A DNA stretch of 64,000 nt from contig CAWJGJ010000002.1 in NCBI GenBank assembly GCA_963842395.1, positions 6,481 through 70,480 on the forward strand, read 5' to 3'. The first letter of the stretch is position 1. Each line of letters begins with the position of its first letter. Origin of the DNA: an uncultured Acidimicrobiales bacterium. GTDB taxonomy: Bacteria > Actinomycetota > Acidimicrobiia > Acidimicrobiales > VFJN01. The notes beneath the pieces were generated by a model. The model searched no databases, was not told where the DNA came from, and saw only the letters and a program-made list of their open reading frames with translations. The position numbers and the translations under genes are program-made. Shown here piece by piece: positions 18,401 through 26,132 of the stretch.

Positions 18401-19825
18401 GCCCCCGACGCCGAGACCTACGTGTTCGTCGAGCTGGAGCTGGAGGCGGTCCTGCGCCCCCAGACCGGCTTCTTCGGCCTCACCGCGATCCTGAGCCCCA
18501 ACAGCTACGTGATCGCCCCGGCCGCCAAGCTAACGGGCGGCTTCGCCTTCTTCCTCTGGTACGGCGACAACCTCAACGCCGGCCAGTTCGCCATCACCAT
18601 CGGCGGCTACCACCCGGCGTTCCGCCCGCCCCCGTTCTTCCCCCAGGTGCCCCGGGTCGGGTTCGGCTGGGCGGTCAGCGACCTGGTGTCGATCAAGGGC
18701 AGCGCCTACTTCGCCCTCACCACGTCGTGCGTGATGGCCGGCGGCGGCCTCGAGGTGCTGTTCCAGTCTGGCAACCTCAGCGCCTGGTTCACCGCCCAGG
18801 CCGACCTGCTGGTGTCGTGGAACCCGTTCTCGTTCCAGGCCGGGATCGCCGTCAGCATCGGCGTCGCCTACAAGCTCGACATCTTCGGGATCAGCAAGAC
18901 GATCAGCCTCAGCCTGGGCGCCTCGGTCAGCCTGTGGGGCCCACCCACCGGCGGCACCGTGACCGTCCACCTGTGGATCGTGTCGTTCACCGTCGACTTC
19001 GGGGCCGGCCAGGGGTCGGTGGCGACCGATCCGCTGTCCAAGCCCGAGTTCGCCGACCTGCTGCCGGCCAAGGCCCTCACCGCCGCCGTGACCGGCGGGC
19101 TCAAGAGCTCGGCCACCGACCCCGACCACGCCGGCCAGGACGTGTGGGTGGTCCGCACCGGCGGCTTCTCGTTCAGCACCGAGTCGGCGGTGCCGGCCAC
19201 CACCCTCGCCTACGGCGGGGCGAACGCCACCGCGGTCACCACGGTCGCCACCGGCGCCACCCTCGACGTACGGCCCATGGACGTGAAGGCCACCACCGCC
19301 ACCCACACGGTGCGGGTCCAGCGCCTCGACGACGGCAGCTGGCACGACCTGACCACATGGTCGCCGACCGTCAGCCACCGCAGGGTGCCGGCCTCGCTGT
19401 GGGGCGAGCCCCACACCGACGCCCAGGGGCACTTCACCCAGCTACCGCCCACGCCCTCGAACGACCTGGTCGACGGGACGGCGGTCGGGGCCTCGTTCCG
19501 GCTGCCCGGCCCCGAGCTGGGCGCCACCACCGGGGTGATCGAGCTGCGCGAGGTGGCCTACGAGCCGGTGGCCGACCCGGGCCGGCTGCCGATCGACCCG
19601 GCCGTCGCCCCCACCGACGACTTCCTGCCGGTGCCGTCGGCCACGTCGATCGGGCAGGTGGCGCAGGTGGGCACCGGCAGCGCGGCCGGCGGCCGCACCG
19701 GGCTGCTGGGGGCGCTGAGCGCCGCCCAGCTCTACGACGGTGGGAGCGACCCGATGACGACGCTGGGCGCCGACGCCGAGCACCTGTTCACAGACCCGCC
19801 GCTGCTGGTGGAGGCGACGCCGTGA
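15428..19825 (+). CDS. uncharacterised giant protein C (1465 aa), second half DUF6603-like (from memory)
   Basis: ATG 15428 overlaps the B stop (TGATG). A Pro-rich linker near 17480-17620 divides two beta-rich halves. Motifs ITIGGYHPAFRPPPFFPQVPRVGF and GLMAGFGFNR resemble DUF6603 as I remember it. Confidence 0.8.
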   Translation: MAVDLAAVAQGLRAQATASRTLVLDGRVLTDPVRADLRLAFGLAAGADVTVAGVQASDVPDPVGGTITITAGTAALLRQTALPATLELSASPDGQTLELVVGATMASGWAFPASFPAVAELFPFDLLPVTGAHFLFATSARTAHPWPGDASASLDLAAGLNFAGHTGLSAFPAIGQVLGNLVGPQDYRLWGLFGPTATDPLPVGSIRAPLASGTFAVGAAPNALTLANPAVAVVVGPTPADGGFQPVDLQVQADFQEVLQVSISVPVVGTTIGVGTDPLPNRGDIDTIIEALPGGQGFRQLVPAELHDVFAEVGLDHFGLVLDPTTPKVTYLTLALGTTAPWTVIDDVLVLESVGLRAEVLDPTGIDLTQVTVTAEADFLPDVFPGRFDFLVALQKAGGSAWEVEAVSGAYFGPLDLGTLVEKLLGSADSVPAELHDIQIADFGVAARRPAAGQPYDYTFWGTARAALPAVDGSAFGAELYVLMSKTPTSYAVHLAGAAAIGSSAFTVTLDLATAGSQLSASWTGTGDPLGFADIARVFGWYDLPAIPPSFDLGLDSAAFTLGYHAGATAFLMGAHSVNYGSAVFQTDVVGTQRVMAFGVDVPLHVTLADIPLVGDKLPGGDQLGIAGIGAWLVSRPLTKAEVGQLNRGNTLPATEPRLPDRDITTTATLFGSLLLGGAAQAVDIPVGAPPTPPPQPPRALPAPGAPAIPAAPAGMAGGGTPPATPSDLTTWWSVERTFGVFTIHRVGLEYRTDGSNTLFVTLDAAIALGPLAVDMLGLALGSPLDHFAPAFQLRGLGVAYDAPPLKISGALYALPANQLGTGVEFQYDGTVVVEAASFGLAAVASYAQQTDGSASLFVFAQLRLPLGGPPAFFVTGLMAGFGFNRALTLPAQDEVLSFPLLVLDAAPGPGQPAPASDPAHVLAVLEGTAAPPNGQAKAWIAPRSGTNWLAVGLEFTSFELVQSRAMLVAEWGDELVLALLGLSTLRLPQGAPDAETYVFVELELEAVLRPQTGFFGLTAILSPNSYVIAPAAKLTGGFAFFLWYGDNLNAGQFAITIGGYHPAFRPPPFFPQVPRVGFGWAVSDLVSIKGSAYFALTTSCVMAGGGLEVLFQSGNLSAWFTAQADLLVSWNPFSFQAGIAVSIGVAYKLDIFGISKTISLSLGASVSLWGPPTGGTVTVHLWIVSFTVDFGAGQGSVATDPLSKPEFADLLPAKALTAAVTGGLKSSATDPDHAGQDVWVVRTGGFSFSTESAVPATTLAYGGANATAVTTVATGATLDVRPMDVKATTATHTVRVQRLDDGSWHDLTTWSPTVSHRRVPASLWGEPHTDAQGHFTQLPPTPSNDLVDGTAVGASFRLPGPELGATTGVIELREVAYEPVADPGRLPIDPAVAPTDDFLPVPSATSIGQVAQVGTGSAAGGRTGLLGALSAAQLYDGGSDPMTTLGADAEHLFTDPPLLVEATP

Positions 19826-22233
19826 CCGACACGTCGACCGACGCCCCGGCCGCCCCGGCCGCCCCGGCCGCCGCCGAGGCCATCCCGCCGGTGGCGGTGG
19901 GCGACGTCCAACTCTACGACGACTACGTCCCGGCCGTCTTCGGCGGCGACTACCAGATCACGGTCGGCCACGACGCCCCGGCCGTGCTGTCCCAGCCGGC
20001 CACTGCCGCCCAGCGCTTCACGGTCAGCGCCCCCCAGTTCGCCGTCGACCCGGGCGAGGTCGTCCAGTCCTACCCGCCCGACTGCAGCACCGGGCAGTTC
20101 GGCGACGTCCTCCCCTTCGTGGTGCTCTCCACCCCCGAGCTGCCCTGGGAGCGCGAGGTGCCCACCCCGGGCACCCCCTGGCTCGCGCTGCTGGTGCTGG
20201 GCGACGACGAGATCATCGGCGGTACCGGCCCCACCCGGATCACCATCGCCACCGTCGGCGCCTACCAGGGGCTGACCGACGCGCTCGTGCCGGTGGTGCC
20301 ACGCGAGAGCGACGTGGCCGCCACCAGCGTGTGCAGCTACGTCGAGCTGTCGGCCGCCACCTTCACCGCCGTCGTGCCCCGGGCCGACGAGACACGCTGG
20401 CTCGCCCACGTCCGGGTGGTCAACCCCGGCGACAAGGCGCTGCAGGGCTTCGTGCAGGACGGCACCTTCTCGGTCGTGGTGGCCAACCGATTCCCGTCCA
20501 CCCCGGCCGCCGACCAGCCCGCCACCCGCAACATCGCCCACCTGGTGTCGGTCGAGGGCTGGGCGCCGTGGATGGTCGACCAGCCCGTGTTCACCCGCTC
20601 CGGCAAGGTCGACGGCAACCCGGTGCTCGACAAGGTGGCGCTGGTGTCCCTGGCCAGCTGGACGTTCCAGTCGGTGGCCGACCCGGCCGAGGACTTCGCC
20701 GGCCTCGCCCTCGACCTGCTGGCCAACGAGTACGACCCCGCCACCGGCACCCACCACCCCGACGACCTGTGGCTCCGGATGCGCCCGCCCGCGCTCGACA
20801 CCAAGGTGCCGACCAACGCCGAGGTCGTGCGGCGGGTGATGGAGGGGTTCGTCCCCCTGGCGTACAGCACCCGCACCGGCGAGGGCACCGTGGCCTGGTA
20901 CCGGGGGCCGCTCGTGCCCGTGTGCACCGAGCCCGTGGCCAAGGACGGGCCGTTCCTCAGCGCCGACGCCGCCATGGCCTACGACCCGGCCCACGGCGTC
21001 TTCGACCTGTCGCTGTCGGCCGCCTGGCAGATCGGCCGGCTGGCCGCCCTCTCCGACCGCTCGTTCGGCACCGCCCTCTACGAGCTGCGCCGCCGCCTCC
21101 ACCTGGTCACCGACCGGCTCGCCGACCGCCTGGCCCGCGACCACTTCGACACGCCCGCCGACCTGGCCGAGCTGGCCGCCTCCGGCCTGCTCGCCGATCA
21201 GGTCCTCAAGGTGCTCGACGCCGACCTGCTCCACGACATCGGCCAGGGCCACGCCCCCGTCCCCACGCCGCCGCCCGACCCCGAGCCGCCCGACAGCGAC
21301 CCCAAGGCGGCGCTGGTCAACTTCCTGGGCGAGACCGCCAACCAGGAGGCGGTGCTGGGGCTGGTCGCCGACGACCTCGACCCGGTGGCCCAGTGGCTGG
21401 CCCGGCTGCTGCTGCTGGAGATGGTGCCGTTCGAGCACCTGGTACCCGACCCGGCCATGCTGCCGCTGGTCGCCCCGGCCGCCGCCGGCCCGGCGGCGCC
21501 GCCGGTCACGGGCTCGGTGCGGTTCTTCTACGTCGACCCCAACTGGACCGGGGCGCTGCTCGACGGGGCCACCAGCATCGGCCTCGGCTCCAGCCTCCAG
21601 ACGTTCTTCCACCAGATGACCGCCCCCGTCGTGGCGGCGGCCGCTGCCGAGGCGGCCGCCGTGCGGCGCAGCACCCTCCAGGGCGCCGACCCCGGGCCGG
21701 GCGACGGGCCACCGGGCCTGGTGGCCGGGATGCTCCTCCGGTCGCCGCTGGTCACCGGCTGGCCCAACCTGGCCGTCCGGCCCCTCGAGGCCGACGGCAC
21801 CACGCTGCTCAAGACCCTGCGCCTGGAGCGCATGGGGTCGGGCGTGCTGCTGGCCCTGTTCGACGGCGTGCCGTCGGAGGTGCTGATCAGCGAGCCCCAG
21901 GAGGGCTTCCGCTTCGGGCTCGACGAGGAGGGGCGGGTCGAACTGCGGAACCTCACCTCCACCGCCTCCAAGCTGGGCGCCCCGCTGGGGCCGCTGGTCG
22001 TGCGGCCGGCGGCCGGGCAGCCGGCGCCGTTCCTCCGGGCCGACGGGCGGGTGCTGCACCTGGCGCCCGGCTCGACCACGGGCCTGGTGCAGGGCGTGGT
22101 GGCGGCGCTGGTCGCCGCCGGCCAGACCGTCGTGCTCGGTGCCGGCCCCGGCACCCCGTTCGGGCCGGCGGCGTTCGCGCTGCAGGTCCTGAAGACACCC
22201 GAGGAGCTCAGCTTCGTGACGGGGACCGTGTGA
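19822..22233 (+). CDS. uncharacterised protein D (803 aa)
   Basis: GTG 19822 overlaps the C stop (GTGA). Good GC3 bias. No motif recognised. Confidence 0.75.
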   Translation: MTDTSTDAPAAPAAPAAAEAIPPVAVGDVQLYDDYVPAVFGGDYQITVGHDAPAVLSQPATAAQRFTVSAPQFAVDPGEVVQSYPPDCSTGQFGDVLPFVVLSTPELPWEREVPTPGTPWLALLVLGDDEIIGGTGPTRITIATVGAYQGLTDALVPVVPRESDVAATSVCSYVELSAATFTAVVPRADETRWLAHVRVVNPGDKALQGFVQDGTFSVVVANRFPSTPAADQPATRNIAHLVSVEGWAPWMVDQPVFTRSGKVDGNPVLDKVALVSLASWTFQSVADPAEDFAGLALDLLANEYDPATGTHHPDDLWLRMRPPALDTKVPTNAEVVRRVMEGFVPLAYSTRTGEGTVAWYRGPLVPVCTEPVAKDGPFLSADAAMAYDPAHGVFDLSLSAAWQIGRLAALSDRSFGTALYELRRRLHLVTDRLADRLARDHFDTPADLAELAASGLLADQVLKVLDADLLHDIGQGHAPVPTPPPDPEPPDSDPKAALVNFLGETANQEAVLGLVADDLDPVAQWLARLLLLEMVPFEHLVPDPAMLPLVAPAAAGPAAPPVTGSVRFFYVDPNWTGALLDGATSIGLGSSLQTFFHQMTAPVVAAAAAEAAAVRRSTLQGADPGPGDGPPGLVAGMLLRSPLVTGWPNLAVRPLEADGTTLLKTLRLERMGSGVLLALFDGVPSEVLISEPQEGFRFGLDEEGRVELRNLTSTASKLGAPLGPLVVRPAAGQPAPFLRADGRVLHLAPGSTTGLVQGVVAALVAAGQTVVLGAGPGTPFGPAAFALQVLKTPEELSFVTGTV

Positions 22234-25200
22234 TGAGCACCGACCGACCGGACCCCCGGCCCCCGTCGTCGCCGCCGACCCGCTCGCCGGCCCCGACCCC
22301 GCCGTCCCGGCCGGAGCCGCCCCGGCCGGGACCGCGGCCCCCCGCACCCCAGCCCCCGAAGCCCGAGCCGCCGCGCCCCAGGCCCGAGCCGCCCAGGCCC
22401 GAGCCGCCGCGCCCCGGGCCCATGCCGCCGCCGGGGCCGAAGCCGCCGGATCCGCCGCCGATCGGCGATCCACCGCCGGCGCTGGTGGTGCCGGTCGACG
22501 TCCAGGCCATGGTTGTCAACCACGTGCCCCGGGCCTTCCGCCAGTGGCGGTTCAACTACGAGGCCCTCGGCAGCTACGACAGCCCCGAGCCCGAGGCGGG
22601 CGGGGGCCAGGCCACCACCACGGCCCGCTCCCCCGGCATCTACCTCCACTGGGACCTGCCCGACGGCCTCCGCCACGGCACCGGCGGCCAGGACGGCGAC
22701 GTCACCTACCCGGCGGCGCCCAACCGCTGGCTGGTCGTGCGCTACTCGGGCCTCCCGGCCGCCTCCCGGGGCGTCACCGGCTGGGTGGTGGAGAGCGACT
22801 GCCCCAACGCCGACTCCCCGGCGCTCTACCTGGTCGACGACACCATCCTCCAGAGCTGGACCGCCAGCGGCGACCCCCGCCGGGTGCAGGGCGCCCAGGA
22901 CGTCCGCCGCGTCGCCCAGGCCAACAACGGGGCGCTCGTGGCCCAGATCGGCCTGCCCTTCCCGCTGACCGCGTCCGGCGGCTGGAGCGAGCGCGCCGCG
23001 GGGACGTCGTCGTTCCTCACCGCCGTCGCCCCCGGCAACATCCTGTTCAGCCGGTACGAGACCCACTGCGCCAACGTCTTCACGTTCTACGACGCCATGA
23101 CCGGGGTGGCCGAGGGCGACCTCGTGACCTACCTGGTGGTCGGCTGGTACGCCCACGCCGCCGACGACGTGCTCACGACCACAACCCCGACCGCGCTCGG
23201 CTGGGCCGTCCCCGCCGGCTTCGCCCCCACGGCCAGCGTCTACCAGGGCCTCGCCCTCGACGTGCCGTGGCTACCGTCGGCCGGCACGACGCCGCCCAGC
23301 CCGCTCGACGGCCTGACCGGCAACGTCCACGTCGGGGTGGGCAACACCACCGTCGACGCCTTCACGGCGCTGGTGGCCGGCCGCCTCGACCGCCCCGCCG
23401 CCGTCGATCTGCTGCAGGCGTTCCACTACGGGCTGCTGCCGGAGCTCGAGGCGATCAACGGCCCCGACCTGCTGGCCACCGCCGTCCACCAGGCCGCCTT
23501 CGGGTCGCAGCCGGGTGCCCTGAGTTGGGAGATCGTCGACACCACCGGCGACGGCGCCACCGCCGACCTGAGCCCGACCGTGGCGGCCTGGCTGGCCGAC
23601 CTCAACGAGGCCCAGGCCACGCTCGACACCGCCCAGACGTCGCTCGACGCCCACCGCTGGGCCCTCTACGCGCTGTGGTGGAAGTGGCAGAAGGGCCTCT
23701 ACCAGTCCGAGATCGTCCCGCTCGACGGGTTCGACCCCGACGCCTACGAGGCCGCGGTCCGCACCACGCTGCCCGGCCTGCTGTCGGCCGACCATGCCGC
23801 GGTGTCCGCCCAGTTGCCCAAGGTGCCCCAGCCGGTGGTGCAGCCCGGCGACACCCGCCAGCAGTCATTCGAGCGGGGCATCGCCGACCTGGCCGCGGCC
23901 CGGGGGCTGGGCGCGGGCATGGCGCTGCGGGCCGTGACCGGCAGCCGGTCGTGGCGCAGCGCCGACCCGGTCGTCGTCCTGTCGGGCATCAATCCCGGGC
24001 CCCTGCCCGACCCGTCCGCCACCCTGCCGTGCCGGCGCACCGGCGACCTGGTGGCCGAGCTGCACGTGGGCACCACGCCCGTCGGCGCCGCGCAGCTGGG
24101 AGCCGCCCGCCCCGCGCTGCCGGCGGCGGCCGCGGTCGCTCTGCCCGCCTTCGTCTCCGCCTTCGTGCTGGAGGCGTTCCTGCTCGACCCGGCCAGCGCG
24201 GGCGCCATCGCCCGGGCCACCGGCCTCCAGCCGGCCGCGGTCACCGCCGCCGTCACCGGCCACCCGGCCGCCTCCTACCCGGGCGAGGTGCTGCCGGCCA
24301 AGGGTCTGGCCACCTGGGCGCTGCAGCCGTGGCAGCCGCTGGCCATGGAGTGGCAGGTGGGCTGGGTGTCGATTCCCGACCAGACGTCCGGCGTCGACAA
24401 CTGGGCCTTCGACGGCACCGACTACAGCTACACCGGCCCCTTCGGTCCCTTCGCCAGCGACAGCGCCGCCCCGGTGCAGGCGGTGGGCGGCATCTCGCCG
24501 CTGACACCCGAGGCCCAGTTCACGTTCCGGGCCCGGCTCCAGAAGTTCGTCGACGACTTCGTCACCGGCAACCCCAACGCCCCGGCCGACGCCGAGGCGC
24601 TGGCGGCGCTGGAGACCGCCATCGACCAGGCAGGCTCGTGGAAGTTCATGTCCCAGGCCCTGGTCGGGCTGGGCGACATCGTCGCCGCCCGCGACACCCG
24701 GGCCCACACCGGCCCCGACTCCACCATCGCCGCCGCCGTGGCCGGGCGCGCCGCGGGCGTCCCCTACATCCCCAACGGGCCCGAGCCCCGCTTCGACCCT
24801 CTGCGCCAGGGCCAGCTGGCCGTGCAGTTCCTGCTGGTCTACGACACGTTCGGGCAGGTCCTCCAGATCGTCGGGGGCACGGGGAGCGCCGACCCCCAGA
24901 ACTTCGTGCCGACGGTGGACCCGGCGCTGCGGCCCGACAAGCCCGTCATCACCCGCAACCCTGGCCGTCTGGTCGAGCTGCGGCCCCGGCTGCAGCAGCC
25001 CTCGCGGCTCGACGTCGCCTTCGTCGACGCCCGCGACGACACGGTGGCCGTGGTGGCCGGGGGGCCGGCCAACCCGGTGGCCGCCTGGCTGCTGCCCAAC
25101 CACCTCGACGACGGCATCCTCCTCTACGCCCCCGACGGGCGGGCCCTGGGCGAGGTCAGGCTGCTGGCCGACGCCGCCGGCACCCGCACCGCCCAGTGGC

Positions 25201-26132
25201 AGCCCCCGCCCCACGATCCCATCACCCTGGACGACGTCCGGGCGCTGGCGCCCCACCTGGCCGCCATGATCACCGCCCCGGCGTTCACGGCGGCGACCGC
25301 GTTCCAGACGCTCCTGACCACCATCGACACGACGTTGTGGTCGGTCGACCCCCTCGGGGACCGGGCCGACCAGAACCTGTCGGTGCTGGTGGGGCGGCCC
25401 CTGGCGCTGCTGCGGGTCGGGGCCCGGCTCAGCGTCGACGGGCAGCCGCTGGCGGCCCAGTCGGACTGGCCGAACGTGTGGCCACCGCCTGCCCCGGACT
25501 TCCTCACCCGCAAGTTCGAGGTCCGCCTCGGCGACCTGGCCGGCCGCCAGGACGGCCTCGTCGGCTTCTTCACCGGCGACGACTACGGCACGTTCAACAG
25601 CGTGGCCGCCCCCGACCCGGAGGTCACCCAGGGCTACGTCCGCCAGATCGGCCCGATCGGCCGGACCGACAACGGCAACTGGCTGACGCTGCGCTACGGC
25701 GACGCCGCCCCGACGTACCTGTCGCTGCTGGTCGACCCCCGGGCGGCCGTGCACTTCGTGACCGGCATCCTGCCCACCAAGGCCCTGACCCTGCCCGACA
25801 CGTTCGTGCGGGGGGCGCTGTCGCAGCTCGAGCTGACGTTCCGGATCGGGTCGCTGCTCACCCACTCCGAGCAGTCGCCGGCCACCGGCGATGCCCCACC
25901 GGCGTTCCCCGAGTCGATGTGGTTGCCCCACCCCACCGAGCAGGCCGGGGCCTGGTCGTGGTGGGAGCCCGACCGGGCCACCGGCTCGGGCTGGGCGTCC
26001 TACGGCCTGCTCCGGGCCACCGCCGACGCCCGCCTGAAGGACTACGCCAGCACCCTGCGCGACGGGTTCCTGCAGTTCGACACCGACCTGGCCCCGCCCC
26101 CAGGCGGCGGGGCCGACGAGGAGGCTTCGTGA
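22233..26132 (+). CDS. uncharacterised giant protein E (1299 aa) with a roughly 90 aa polyproline N-terminus
   Basis: ATG 22233 overlaps the D stop (GTGTGATG); GTG 22230 is an alternative start. The N-terminus has PEPPRP-type repeats and the remainder is a large globular region with no recognised domain. Confidence 0.75.
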   Translation: MSTDRPDPRPPSSPPTRSPAPTPPSRPEPPRPGPRPPAPQPPKPEPPRPRPEPPRPEPPRPGPMPPPGPKPPDPPPIGDPPPALVVPVDVQAMVVNHVPRAFRQWRFNYEALGSYDSPEPEAGGGQATTTARSPGIYLHWDLPDGLRHGTGGQDGDVTYPAAPNRWLVVRYSGLPAASRGVTGWVVESDCPNADSPALYLVDDTILQSWTASGDPRRVQGAQDVRRVAQANNGALVAQIGLPFPLTASGGWSERAAGTSSFLTAVAPGNILFSRYETHCANVFTFYDAMTGVAEGDLVTYLVVGWYAHAADDVLTTTTPTALGWAVPAGFAPTASVYQGLALDVPWLPSAGTTPPSPLDGLTGNVHVGVGNTTVDAFTALVAGRLDRPAAVDLLQAFHYGLLPELEAINGPDLLATAVHQAAFGSQPGALSWEIVDTTGDGATADLSPTVAAWLADLNEAQATLDTAQTSLDAHRWALYALWWKWQKGLYQSEIVPLDGFDPDAYEAAVRTTLPGLLSADHAAVSAQLPKVPQPVVQPGDTRQQSFERGIADLAAARGLGAGMALRAVTGSRSWRSADPVVVLSGINPGPLPDPSATLPCRRTGDLVAELHVGTTPVGAAQLGAARPALPAAAAVALPAFVSAFVLEAFLLDPASAGAIARATGLQPAAVTAAVTGHPAASYPGEVLPAKGLATWALQPWQPLAMEWQVGWVSIPDQTSGVDNWAFDGTDYSYTGPFGPFASDSAAPVQAVGGISPLTPEAQFTFRARLQKFVDDFVTGNPNAPADAEALAALETAIDQAGSWKFMSQALVGLGDIVAARDTRAHTGPDSTIAAAVAGRAAGVPYIPNGPEPRFDPLRQGQLAVQFLLVYDTFGQVLQIVGGTGSADPQNFVPTVDPALRPDKPVITRNPGRLVELRPRLQQPSRLDVAFVDARDDTVAVVAGGPANPVAAWLLPNHLDDGILLYAPDGRALGEVRLLADAAGTRTAQWQPPPHDPITLDDVRALAPHLAAMITAPAFTAATAFQTLLTTIDTTLWSVDPLGDRADQNLSVLVGRPLALLRVGARLSVDGQPLAAQSDWPNVWPPPAPDFLTRKFEVRLGDLAGRQDGLVGFFTGDDYGTFNSVAAPDPEVTQGYVRQIGPIGRTDNGNWLTLRYGDAAPTYLSLLVDPRAAVHFVTGILPTKALTLPDTFVRGALSQLELTFRIGSLLTHSEQSPATGDAPPAFPESMWLPHPTEQAGAWSWWEPDRATGSGWASYGLLRATADARLKDYASTLRDGFLQFDTDLAPPPGGGADEEAS

